A program made the position numbers and the translations under genes. The notes under the pieces were generated by a model. The model had not been told where the DNA came from, did no database searches, and saw only the letters and a program-made list of their open reading frames with translations. This document shows, piece after piece, positions 13,270 to 25,470 of a stretch of DNA of 64,000 nt (within the stretch, counting starts at the first letter, position 1; each line of letters begins with the position of its first letter). Origin of the DNA: Hypanus sabinus (taxonomy: Eukaryota); contig NC_082710.1 of the NCBI RefSeq assembly GCF_030144855.1, forward strand, positions 161,882,001-161,946,000, written 5' to 3'.

Positions 13270-14266
13270 TCAGTCATGTCTGACCTTTTTATTGGCTCTG
13301 CTCCAGGCCAGCATCCATTAATGCCCTCTTCCCAGCAAGTGACAATGGTAATTTGTGGTTCTTTGTTCTCAATCAGCAGGAAGCTTGATTCACGCAAAAC
13401 AGAAACTGACTCCAACCGTCAAAAATCTGCATGTTGTATCCAACCAAAGAGCATCTCACAAATAACCTCTCATTTGGAAATGACCTTGAGTTCAGCAGAT
13501 TACCTGAAGCATCATGATATCTTCTTTAATACACTGACCAAACTAAGTGACTGCTGCAAACTGGAGCACGTAAAACAATTCCACAAAATGACAGGCTCCA
13601 TCTCCAAGCACAAGGCAGGAGCAAAGACATTAGATCTGTCTGCTGCATCTGTACCCGACGCATTCGTGTTTGACATTTTCTTCCGCATTTCAAATCCAAC
13701 ATCTTCCCCTGTTGATCCACAGAAAACTCTGGGGATCACTCTACTGTTTATATGTCTGAGTGAATACAGGACAAAAGGACACCAGCACTCATGACATCAA
13801 ATAATACAGATAAAGATTTAAAAGCATGAGGAAACACAATAAAAAGTTACCCACTTTCATACCATATATCAAGGCATTTAACAGCAATCGATGGTACTTA
13901 AACACAACTTCATGGTATGAAGACAAACAAAATCACCAAAAAGAGATTTAGAATGGCATGTGGAATGCAAACACTTAGGTTATTAAAGTTGCCATTAAAG
14001 AGACTATAAGAACTTGTGAAGCAATACATATCCAATAACATTTAAACACCAGTTCCAAAATTCACTCCCAAAAGGGACAGATTCTGCTAAACGTCATTAG
14101 CTAAACCCACATGATCTTTAATAGTCCTGGATATCTCATTGCATTGTTTAATAACAACTTCATTATGGTAAATAACTCAATCCCGCTCTGTGGTATAATG
14201 AAATATTTGGTTATTGACAGGTTAAATAGATAGAGAATAATCATAAGAAATAATCCCACTGTCTGT

Positions 14267-15005
14267 AAACATGAGGAAATCTGCAGATGCTGGAAATTCA
14301 AACAACAACACACACAAAATGCTGGTGGAACACAGCAGGCCAGGCAGCACCTATAGTGAGAAGCGCTGTTGACGTTTCGGGCCGAGACCCTTCGGCAGGA
14401 CTAACCAAAAGGAAAGATACTAAGAGATTTGAAAGTAGTGGGGGGGGAGGGGGAAATGCGAAATGATAGGAGAAGACCGGAGGGGGTGGGATGAAGCTAA
14501 GAGCTGGAAAGGTGATTGGTGAAAGTGATACAGAGCTGGAGAAGGGAAAGGATCATGGGACGGGAGGCCTCAGGAAAAAGAAAGGAGGGGTGGGAGCACC
14601 AGAGGGTGATGGAGAACAGGCAAACAAATATGTCAGGGATGGGGTAAGAAGGGGAGGAGGGGCATTAACAGAAGTTAGAGAAGTCGATGTTCATTCCATC
14701 AGGTTGGAGGCTACCCAGCCAGTATATATGGTGTTGTTCCTCCGACCTGAGTTTGTCTCAGCTTGCTCCTGTCCCACTGAACTCATTTCTGCATACCTTG
14801 ACACAGTCTTATCCCCCCTTGTTCAATCTCTTCCCAGCTACGTTCATGTCCCTTCTCATGCTTTGAATTTTTTCAATGATTTTAAGTTCCCAGGCCCCCT
14901 CCGTCTTATTTCCATCATGGACGCCCAGTCCCTATATACCTCCATCCCCCACCGAGATGGTCTCGAAGCTCTTCAGATTCTTTTGGAGTCCAGACCTAGC
15001 CAAAT
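14267..15005. mobile_element. Penelope-like element: minus-strand 3-prime end fused to an inverted plus-strand RT fragment
   Basis: RT piece CPTELISAYLD...DAQSLYTSIPHRDGLEAL on +; pLTR with hammerhead-like motif on - near 14365-14402. Confidence 0.8.
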
Positions 15006-15825
15006 CCCAGTGTTGTGTTCATTTGAAATTCTCGACCACAGAAGACAACTGAGGACAAGTAATTAAAGTACTGAAGGAGTTAGGTACATTAGGAGATCAA
15101 ATGAGAACGGCCAGACTGTTTCTTCCAGCTCACAAGAAGGCGACAGTAACTCAAATGGCCACCCGTTACAGCAGTGATGTGCAGAAGAGCATCTCTGAAC
15201 GCACAACCCGTCGAACCTCGGAGTGGATGGGCTCCAGCAACAGGCGATCTCGAACACGGAGGAGCTCAGCGGGCCAGGCAGCATCTGTGGGAAAGAGTAC
15301 AGGCGACGTTTCGGGGCGAGACGTCCGACTGCTGTCTTTTGCTCCGTTTGCTGAGAATGTTTGCATTCGGACTGCAGCAGGTTAGAGTATATTAACTGTG
15401 GTTATCCTTTAAAGCGTTGTTGTGATGGACAGGAAACACTTTCAGCGACTCTTTTACCCCTCCAGTCTGCTGAAGCGTCTCAGCAACCAGAGATGCTGCC
15501 TGGCCTGCTGAGTTCCTCCAGCACTCGTGCGTGTCGCTTGGATTTCCAGCATCTGCAGATTTTCTCTTCTTTGTCACTTTGTGGATGGCAAAGCGATCGT
15601 GGTCCTGAGAAAGGAGCAGTAACACGGTATTGACATTCGCCATGATCGGATTGAACGGCGGTGCAGGTTCGGAGGCCGAATGGCCCACTCCTGCTCCCAA
15701 TGTCTACGGAGGCGGCGGAATGTCAAACACTGGCGAGTGTCTTTGTTTTTGTAATTAGTGAATCAGTGTCGTTTAAGCGTTATCTTTTAAATGTCATTTC
15801 GTTTTGTATCACTCTCCACCTTTAG

Positions 15826-16218
15826 CCGCTGCAACCCTGCGGGTACATCAGAACAGTTTGAAGGGAAGAGTGGACCATTCTGTGCTCCTCCCCGCCTCTT
15901 ACACAATCTCGGACCCGCAGGGTTATCTGCGGATCAAATGGAGCAGGGCCGGGAAAAGAATTGTGGAATACAGATGCATATCAGAGCAAAATAGCAACGC
16001 CAATGAATGCAACCAAGTCCTGTCTTACTCAGATCTCTATCAACACCGGGTTGTTCTTTTCCCGGAGAACGCCTCGCTGCTGCTGAAACATTTGCAAATT
16101 AACGACAGTGGCCTTTATCAATTATCTGTTAGCCAGGCGAGAGGAATCCAAAGAGGAAGGTTTAACTTAACTGTCCAGGCTGACAACACAAATGAAACTG
16201 ACCACGAGGAAATAACGG
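15826..16218 (+). CDS. Gene A V-set Ig domain exon V2 (CD2/SLAM/HEPACAM/CEACAM N-domain-like), intact
   Basis: Acceptor CTCTCCACCTTTAG; 131 codons, phase 1-1; SVLLPASY, LRIKW, RVVLFPENASLLLKHLQINDSGLYQLSV, FNLTV; no B/F-strand Cys, but a YRC..EC Cys pair. Confidence 0.92.
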
Positions 16219-16905
16219 GTAGGTAATTTCCCAGTAGTCTTGTTCCATTTGCTGAGAATGTTTGGGTTCGGACTGTAGAAGGGGAAATGTATTAACTGTG
16301 GTTATCTTCTAAAGCGTTGAGGAGTTAGTTCTGGCGCACAGAAAACACTTTTAAGGACTTTTTCCCCTGTGCCTTTCTCTCTTCTCAGCACGAAGGAGGT
16401 ATAGGAGCCTTAGGTCCCACATAATCAGGTTCAGGATCAGTTATTAAACTTTAACCGTCAGGCTCCTGAACCAACGTGGATAACTTCACTCACCTCAACA
16501 TAGATCTGATGCACAACCTATAGACACATTTTCAAGGACTAATGTTCCCAGTATCTGTCTATATATTTCTTTTGCACATTGTCTGTTTGCCAGTCCTTGT
16601 GTGTAGTTTTTACCCTTGATTCTATTGTCTTTATTTATTCTGATGTGAATGCCTGCCAGAAATTGAATCTCAGGATAGTATATGGTTACATAAACATATT
16701 CCACAATAAACTTACCTTGAACTTTGAAATTGTATTTAAAATGAGGCAGGACGAGCCCAGCGAGTTGCATTCATGCAGGTTTTCAATGTACTTAAACAGC
16801 ACAGGAATCCTGAGGGCTAATTTACAGAATTTGACGCCTAATCACAAAAGAAGATTGGAGCATGTGTACAACACTAAAGAGTTGGCACGTTTTAAAGATT
16901 ATCTC

Positions 16906-17117
16906 TGTGGTGAACTATGTGCCTGTCGGGACACGCCCCTGCTGACTGCTCCTGTGGCTCCTCCCACAGGCCCCTGTATAAAGGAGATCTGCGGCCTGAA
17001 GCTCGGCCTCAGTCTCCAAGACCTTGTATGATAGACACTCACTCCTGGTTCCTTCTTCCAGTCAATAAAAGCCGATATCTCGCCTACATCTCAGTGTGAG
17101 TTATTGATGGTGCATCA
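16906..17117 (+). mobile_element. Solo LTR (212 bp) with 5-bp TSD ATCTC
   Basis: TG...CA termini, TATAAA, AATAAA at 17064, ATCTC at 16901-16905 and 17118-17122. Confidence 0.85.
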
Positions 17118-20078
17118 ATCTCAAAGATGTGTTTTCTAAAAATTCACACTCTTCTCCACAGACTGTCTTCTCGCCATAGGTTAGAAAACTCCAAACGTTC
17201 ACCGCTTTCAGACTGAAGACCTCATGCCTGAATGGCCTGCCCATTATTTGAGGCTGTGACCTTAAGCCACTCTCCATACATTCATGCTATCTCGTCCACT
17301 CCTCATGTTATATGTTTTAATGAATTTCCATTGCACTAACCTCAAGAGAACGATAGCTTTGCCCACTAATGTGCTCCTCATTGACAGATCCAGTGTCCCA
17401 AGACCATTCTGCTGCATCTTGGCTGCTCTCCATCTAAACTGCTGTCATTTAAGAGAGGATGTTAAGATTGCACCTAGCACACAAGGCTTCTCATTTTGTA
17501 CTCAAATCTTCTTACAATAAAGGCCAGCATACACGTAGCATAAACACATTCAGTAGGTCAGACCAGATCTGTGGAAAGAGGAAATGAGTTAATAGCTCAG
17601 GCTGAAGACCTTCCAAATGTTTTTTATATTTTGTATTTTCAGCATATATAATGTTGAAATTTCAAATCACTTACTGACCTTCGCCTACTGCACCTGTATG
17701 TTATTTCTGAGTTTGCATGGAACGTCACAGTTAACATTATGCTATAACAACACCAGCGACCCAGGTTCAATTCCCGTCACCGTCTGTAAGGAGTTTGTAC
17801 GTTCTCCCCGTGACCGTGCGGGTTTCCTCCGGGTGCCTCGGTTTCCTCCCAGGTTCCGATGACGTATGGATTGGTCACGTGGGTGTGATTTTGCACCTTG
17901 GTTGCTTGTCCATCTTTGCTGTTTCTATTGTGTTTCTTTGTATTTATTGTGAATGCCCACAAGAAATAAATCTCAGGGTAGTACATGGTGAAATATATGT
18001 ACTTTGATAATAAAGTTACATTGATCTTTTATTGGGCGACCGGGGACTCATTGGGCCAGAAGGGACTGTTATTGTGCCTCGTCTGTAAATTAATAAAAAT
18101 TATAAGGACAACCAGCTCCCTCAGAATATTAAGACATTCAATCTCATACCATTTGAAAATACTCCTACTTCCTCTTTTCCTCCCTTGCACTTTTACACAT
18201 TATATTCAACTTGCCACATCATTACCCAGTCACAAATTTTAACTGTGCCATCATGAAACACATTTGGATTTTTGTCACAGACCACACTGCCACCAGGCTT
18301 AAACACCATCCGCAGATACAAAAAGAGTAAGTTTCGGGACAACAGCCTCCATCAGGACTGCGAGGGAAGAGGAAAGATTGCGGTTTATAACCATCAGAAA
18401 GAGATGGGAGAAAGGCTGGGTGGTGATAGGTGGAACCAGATGCAGGTAGAATGGGGCAGGGGGAGTGGATAGGAGTGATGGACAATAATCTTGGCAGACA
18501 ACGAGCAGACATTAGGAAATTGCCCATTATGATTTATCATCTGGATTCTGCATCTTCTGTCTATTTTCTTTTTTCATTTTGTGTGGTAACAGGCCTTTCT
18601 GGCCCAACAAGCCTGCACTGCCTAATACACATGCAATCTATTAACCTACTAATCTGTACATCTTTCGAATGTGGGAGGAAACCAGAGCACCTGGTGGAAA
18701 CCTACATAGTCACAGGAAGAACGTCCAGACTTCTTACAGACGTCAGCAGGAACTGAACCCAGGTTGCTGACACTCTGATAACATTGCGCTAACTGCTTTG
18801 CTGTCATGCACGCTGAAGTGCTTTGTCTCTGTACTTCATATCACCAGCTGTCTCATATATACTAAACTCGATTCCCTTAACAACATTTCACCATATCCAG
18901 TAAGTAGCTGATACCCCAGCATGGATTCGTTCACTCTCCACCTTCCTATACCCACACTAGTCAAAACCTCCTAAACTGAATCTTGTCAGGTTATGTCTAG
19001 TCCGATTCCTAATCTTTACTTTTTATGCGTTAAACAATCTTCATTCCAAGTCAGTATGTTACTCGCAATAGTGTGCAGTCTAATTATCAACAATCTGTCC
19101 TGTGGTACCTCACCAAAGACTTTCTGAGGGTTCAGATAGACCACAACTAGTTTGCCCTTATCTATAATAGCAACAATGTCAGAAAATCACAAAAGATTAG
19201 TAAAAATATCATTTCTTTTTCATAGTGTCATTAAGGTCAGCTATGACAACCCTAACCCTATCCCACCTAAGTAAGAGGATCAGAAAGCGAGTGACATTGT
19301 TTTCTTTTTCTCAGGCACACCCTAAAAGTCAAAAAGTCTTTTAAGTGTTCCTTTCAACACGCACAGAGAGAGAATCAGTTTTAAAATAAACCTACATTAA
19401 CCAAAGAATTGATTTTTCACTTGTACTTATATGGAAGCAGTTAATGCAAGTATGGCCACTTTATATAAAACTGCTGATTTATATATTTATAAGATGTTTA
19501 TTTTTATATTCATATGTAGAAACTAAATCTAAGTGGGAAATTAGCGGAAGTTCCAATTTTCCCCATGCTGGACATCCCCTCCTTTCTAAATGAACGTACT
19601 GGCTTGACAATTGTTAAGGTTGAAATATCTGAATATATATTCTCACTGCTGCCATCAGGAAGAAGGTACAAGAGCCCCAGGACTCACAACACCATGTTCA
19701 GGAAGAGTTATTACCCCTCAACCATCAGGCTCTTGAACTAAAGAGGATAACTTGATTTGCCCCATCATTGAAATATTCCTACAACCAATGAACTCACTTT
19801 CAAGGACTGTTCATCTCATGTTCTTGACATTTATCGCTCATTTATTTATTATTATTGTTTCTCCTTTTTGCATTTGCACAGTTTGTTGTCTTCTGCACCC
19901 TGGTTGAACACCTTCGCTGAGCCGTCTTTCATTGATTCTGTTATACTTATTATTCTAGAGATTTGTTGAGTATATCCACAAGAAAATGAATCCACGGGTT
20001 GTTTATGGTGACAAATATGTACTTTGATAATAAAATTTACTTTGAACTTTGAACTTCCAATCCTGACTTGTTCCACAG

Positions 20079-20180
20079 ATACAGACAAGAAGAAAACGTC
20101 AGGATTCAATGACAACATTCGATATGTTACTCTTACTCTTATTTTGTTTTTCTTCTGTTTTACCATGAAGATGCATAGAG
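20079..20180 (+). CDS. Gene A stalk/transmembrane exon (DTDKKKTSGFNDNIRYVTLTLILFFFCFTMKMHR)
   Basis: TTGTTCCACAG acceptor, GAG|GTGAGA donor, phase 1-1, joins V2 in frame; short hydrophobic segment followed by basic residues. Confidence 0.75.
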
Positions 20181-20879
20181 GTGAGAAATTATGACATAGC
20201 ACAGCCTACCTATACTTGAGCATTATATTTGTATGTTTTCTACAGCTTTCAATTATTTTATTAATACACAAAACTGTGTTGTTATATGGGTTGTATATTG
20301 TACTTCATCAAACTGAGATCAGTTTAGCCACATTAAAACAACATTAAAAACACTAGAGAACTGACAGACACTGGAAATCCACAGCAACACTCAAAGTGTT
20401 GGAGGAACTCAGCAGGTCAGGCAGCATCTGTAGAGCAGAGTAAACAGTCGATGTTTGGGTCAAGAGCCTTCAGCAGGAAAATTTGCTGAGTACAGTCATG
20501 GTCAAAGACACCAAACGACACAGCTCTACCACAGGATCGGCTAATTAGACACGGTATTTGCAGTAATGAGCAAGCGTACAGATGTACCTAATAAAGTGGC
20601 CACTGAGTGAAGGTATGTCGGTCAGTTTCTACACCATGCATGGCTTTACCACACCATCCTATTTCTCCATGACACAATGATGATATGTGTAGTCAGTAAC
20701 ATTTTAACTTTTCTCTGCATGGCAACCTTATGGGTTGAGTTGAGTGTCTGTTATACATGGCGCCCAAATTAGGATGGGTGTAGAAACCACTGTTGCTCAT
20801 GAACCCATTATTTCCTCAACATTAACATTTCACAAAAGTAATAAAATAAAAAAATACTAATAAATGTAATAACTAAATA

Positions 20880-21400
20880 TTAGTGCTGTGAAGTTCCTAT
20901 AAAATTTTAAATGATAGAATATTCTGCAATCCTATATGTTAAATGAATCTATGATAGAGCATTTTTCTTCCAGTTAAAAATTAACTGTTCCACCTATTCA
21001 TGCTCAATGGTTACGGGATGTTATGCTTAAATTTAGAGAAGATCCCATGTTCAGTTTTTGAATCTAGCCGAGACTTTTATACATTGTGGGGACCATTTCT
21101 GAGTTATTTTACAGATGGTGGTTAATAATATATTTTATTATATGATAAGGGTTTTTTTTTTACCTTTTTTCTTGCTTTTCCTAACAGCTCTGACTTTGGT
21201 AGTGGGTTTAGATTTTTTCTGTATAACAAAATTATTATATTTCAATATTATGATTTAATTCAATTTTTATGAATACAGGGTGTTGTGATTGTAACAGTAT
21301 TTCTAATACAATGTATTGGGTACTATTTTTTCTTTTGACTTATAATATAAATCTTGTTGTACTCTGTATTCCTCTATGCAGAAACTAATAACAAATATTG
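20880..21400 (+). mobile_element. L1/Tx1-like LINE 3-prime fragment
   Basis: Degenerate ORF2 C-terminus (QWLRDVM..LEKI..WGPF) followed by a T-rich 3-prime UTR. Confidence 0.55.
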
Positions 21401-21611
21401 AAAGAGAAAAATTAATTAAGTACAGTACATAATATGCATGACAGAAACTCGTTATAATCTTGACAGAAGAGAAAATTAGTTAAAATGTTAGCTGCACAAC
21501 TTTAAATGTTTAATATATAATTATTTTGGCTGGAGTGTATCAATTCAAGGTTCTGACCAGCAACTGCTCATTGCCAAAGGGGGAATAACATGAGTTTTTT
21601 TTTCTCCTTAG

Positions 21612-21667
21612 ATTCTAAACGAGCTCAAAAGCGATCAAAAAAAGGAAATGCTTCTCAGAATGGTCAG
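21612..21667 (+). CDS. Gene A juxtamembrane cytoplasmic exon (DSKRAQKRSKKGNASQNGQ)
   Basis: Strong polypyrimidine acceptor TTTTTTTTCTCCTTAG and donor CAG|GTAAGC; phase 1 in, 0 out; basic stop-transfer-like sequence. Confidence 0.8.
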
Positions 21668-21916
21668 GTAAGCACAACCATGGGGAAAGTTGAGGTTATT
21701 TTATCCATGTAGATATTTGTTTCTTGAATTGCTGCTCCTCCACAGTCTGCAAAGATATGGGCTCTCTAATATGTATTTAGAGAACACCTTGGCTCATCTG
21801 ATACTGGTTATTGGCAGGAGATGTTGTACTAGTGTTAGTGGAATGGTGGAGAAACAGGATGGTATGGTAAAGCTGTGCATCAGCATTCTACATATAGTGA
21901 CTGACCTACATACATA

Positions 21917-22440
21917 CATATAGTGGTCTCTTTACTGGTACACCTGTACACTTGCTTGTTAATGCAGATATCTAATTATCCAATCACATAGCAGCAACTC
22001 AATGCATAAAAGTATGTAGACATGGTCAAGAGGCTCAGTTGTTGCTCAGGCCAGAATGGGGAAGAAGTGTGACTGTATGACTTAGTGGAGCGCCTCAGAA
22101 ACTGCTGACCTCCCATGATTTCCATGCACACCTGTCTCTAGAGCTTCCAGAGAATGATGCGGAAAACAAACACATCCGGTGAGCGGCAGTTCTGTGAGTG
22201 AAAATACCTTGTTAATGAGAGAGGTCCGAGAAGAATGGCCAGACTGGTTCAAGCCGACTGGAAAATGACAGTAACTCAAAGTCAACGCATTATTGCAGTG
22301 GTGTGCAGAGCAGTCTCTCTCAACGCATGTTACATCAAACTTGAAAGTGGATGGGCTACAGCACAGAAGACCAGGAATATACACTCTGTGGCCACTTCAT
22401 TAGGTACAGGAGGTACCTGATAAAGAGGCCATTGACTGTA
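21917..22440 (+). mobile_element. Tc1-derived non-autonomous element; second copy at about 26672-27085 in opposite orientation, fragments near 15070-15260 and 20580-20610
   Basis: Terminal motif related to CAGTGGCCACTTTATTAGGTACAC at both ends; shared internal sequence among copies. Confidence 0.7.
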
Positions 22441-22688
22441 GGACTATGGCTGGGCTTTCAGATGATCGTACTGAGGACACGGAGATGAGAATTGAAAGGC
22501 TATACATCACAATAATCACATTCCCAACACCGTGTTTGAACACAAGCAATATTCCTCTGTGAAATGGTTGTATCATGAGCTTTCTGTGTTTCATTGTGCA
22601 TGACCACAACTGTTGCATATGCCTTAACTTATGCATAGTTCCCCAAAATGAGTAACATTGCTGTAACATATCATCTTCCCAATCGCAG

Positions 22689-22734
22689 ATGGTTCAAGGA
22701 CAAGGAAACAGTTTCATGGGGAAGGGCAGCAGAG
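22689..22734 (+). CDS. Candidate gene A cytoplasmic exon (MVQGQGNSFMGKGSR), would need a GC donor
   Basis: Acceptor ATCTTCCCAATCGCAG, donor AG|GCAAGG; supplies the phase 0-to-1 change needed between 21667 and 31162; speculative. Confidence 0.25.
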
Positions 22735-25199
22735 GCAAGGAACTCTTTAACACAGGGTGTTAGCAAAGACTGCTGTAGCTCAGAAACAGGCCATTGAGCC
22801 TCTGGTCCATGCCAACCTGATCTTCTACATAAATGCACCTGGAACATAACCTTTCCAAACCTGTTGCTGACATGTCGGGTGCTGGGGTGGAGATACTTCT
22901 CTTCCAAAGGTGGTGTAAGGCACTCATTTCCTCCGCTAGCCTGCAGGTCACTCTTGGGCAAGGTGTAGTACCTGCTTAGCCTTTTCCTCCCCAATCAGGG
23001 CCAGGTGGAGCCATGGGGGCAGGTGGTGGGTGGTCGTACGAGCGGCTGGTGCATATCACGTCCTGGTTATGCGGCCACTGACGCCAGCAGTCAATCTCCA
23101 AAGAGCATTGATAATGGCTGGAGTCACCCATCTTGTAAAGAGGCTGCCCAGGAGAAAGCAATGGCAAACCACCTTTCTTAAAAAAATTACCAAGAATAAT
23201 CACGGTCATGGAAAGACCATGGTCACCCACGTCATACAACACGACACGTAACAATGACGATGATGTTGGCAGATACAGTAGCTGGAGATCTAAGCAGCAC
23301 ATTGAAAACAGGAACCAGAATAGTTGAGCAAGTGCCATAAAGTTATAGACTGCTACAGCACAGAAACAGGCCCTTTGGCCCATCTACTTCATGCTGACGT
23401 GGTCCTCTAACTACTTGCACCTGGCCCATAGCCTCTGCAAACCCCTCGCGGACATATGTCATGAAATATGCTGTGCAGCAGCAATATTGTGCAAGACATT
23501 AAAATTACTCTAAGCTACAGAAATAAATAACTAGTGCAAAAGTGGAATAATGATGTGGTGTCCATGAGTTTGTGGACAGTTCAGGCTCCTGCACAGATCT
23601 TTGGAATTCAGCTAATCTGTGTCCTGCTGCGTCCTTGGGCAACCATGCTTGCGATATATGACTTCATGTTATCAGCAAACTTACCCATTAGACTAAGTAA
23701 CAATTAAAAAATAAAATAAATAAATCACGCAAACAAGGAATAGTGACATGGTGTCCGTGGATTCATGGACTATTGAGGAACCTGATGGTGGAGAGGAAGA
23801 AGCTGTTCCTCAAGCATTATGTGTGGATCCTTAGGCTCCTGTACCTCCTCTGCATAAGCACGACAAATTTCACAACATATGCTCATGACAACAAACCTGA
23901 TTCTGATACTAACGAGAAGAGGACACGTCCCCGATGGTGAAGGTCCTTAATGATGGACACAGCCTCCCTGAGGCTCCATGCCAACATGATCCTATATTAA
24001 TCCCATTTCATTCTCCCCACATTCCCATTAACTCCCCTAGATTCTACCCCACAATTTACAGTGGCTAACAAATGGGCAATCTGTGCCTCTCTGGAATGTG
24101 GAAGGAAGCTGACCCACCCGGGAAAGCATGCAAACTCCACATGGACAGCCCCAGTGCTCAGTGTTATTTGTACCTTCACCAATTAGTGGGAACGCCTGGG
24201 AAACAAAATGATTAGATACTGTATATTCATGGAGGAGTTAGATGACTAAAGAGATCACACCATCAAGAGTACTGAGGCGATTGGCTGTTATTATAAAGAA
24301 TGCTGCCTCTTGCTTTCATTTTCTGCATTTCTATCATTTGTATTATGACTGAAGTATGAAAGTTTTCCAACTAACTACTGTTTGAATGTTAGAATCTTTT
24401 TAAAGCGAAAACGCATTCTCCTTTTAAATGATATTTTATCCATTTGTGAATTATTTATAACCGTGACAAACAGTCCAAGGAAAAATATTGCATCTGTTCT
24501 AATTAACGTAAACATGATTTGCAATTGTGGATGGTTACACTCAGTGTTCTTCCATCTTGGAGAGCTAGATGTTCACGCCAAAGTGACTTCACACATCACG
24601 GTTGACATTTAGCTCACTTCTGCTTCTGGATTGTGTTTACCTAAAAGCCCGGTGCAGATATACAGACATTAACTGACCTAAAAGCACAAAAATAACAAAA
24701 GGAAATGGAGGTGACCACCAAAGTGACCAGCTATGCTTTGCTGCAGGATATGACAATGAAAAGCCACAAGCCCCTTTAAACTAACCCCTATAATGTTACA
24801 ATTAGTAATGAATCTCACTCTTCTGCTTTTCTCAATTCAGTGGTATGAAACAAGCAACAGATTTTTTTAGAAGGCGAAGGTAGAACAGAATGGCTAAGAT
24901 GCCCCAATTTTTTACCTGAATCCCTCAATTTAAATCCATCTGGAAATCATTGCCTGGAAATTAGATTTGGTGCACAACATCACCGTGTTCATTTTGAGTG
25001 CTCAGTTGGGTCTCTCCATTGCAAAAGAAGGACACAAGTTTTAAGATGTTGTATCCTATGCTCAGAAAGAGTGCAGAAACATGGCTTACAAAGTCCCAAT
25101 TGTGTTCCCACAAATTAAATGCAACTTCCAAGACTGTTGCATAGCAACACCAAAGGAGATTCAGTCCTTAAAGACACACTTGGCTTGGCAGCTGGACAG

Positions 25200-25470
25200 T
25201 GGTGATGATGGAGATAGAGGCCATGGGGTCAAGGGGCAGGGGTCAGGGGATAGAGGACCTGGACTGAGAATGGGAGACGGAACTGGAAATAGGAGACTGG
25301 GAATGGGAGGGGGGGGGCAGGGGACAGGTGACAGGGAAGGACAGGGGACGGGGACAGGAGGGAGAGGACTGTGACAGGGAATAGAGAACAAGAAACAGAG
25401 GACAGGTGTCAAGGCAGAGAGGACAGGGCACAGGAAATGCAAGACAGGGAACATGGGATGGAGAATAGGG
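25200..25470. repeat. Purine-rich low-complexity repeat (GGGACAG-like units)
   Basis: Repeated GGGGACAGGG/GGACAG units; a similar GA-rich tract at 27600-27960. Confidence 0.7.

Noticed and set aside
13171-13794. 207-aa ORF, the longest in the track
   Set aside because: It starts inside a Harbinger MITE, has no recognisable domain and non-protein-like composition; probably chance.
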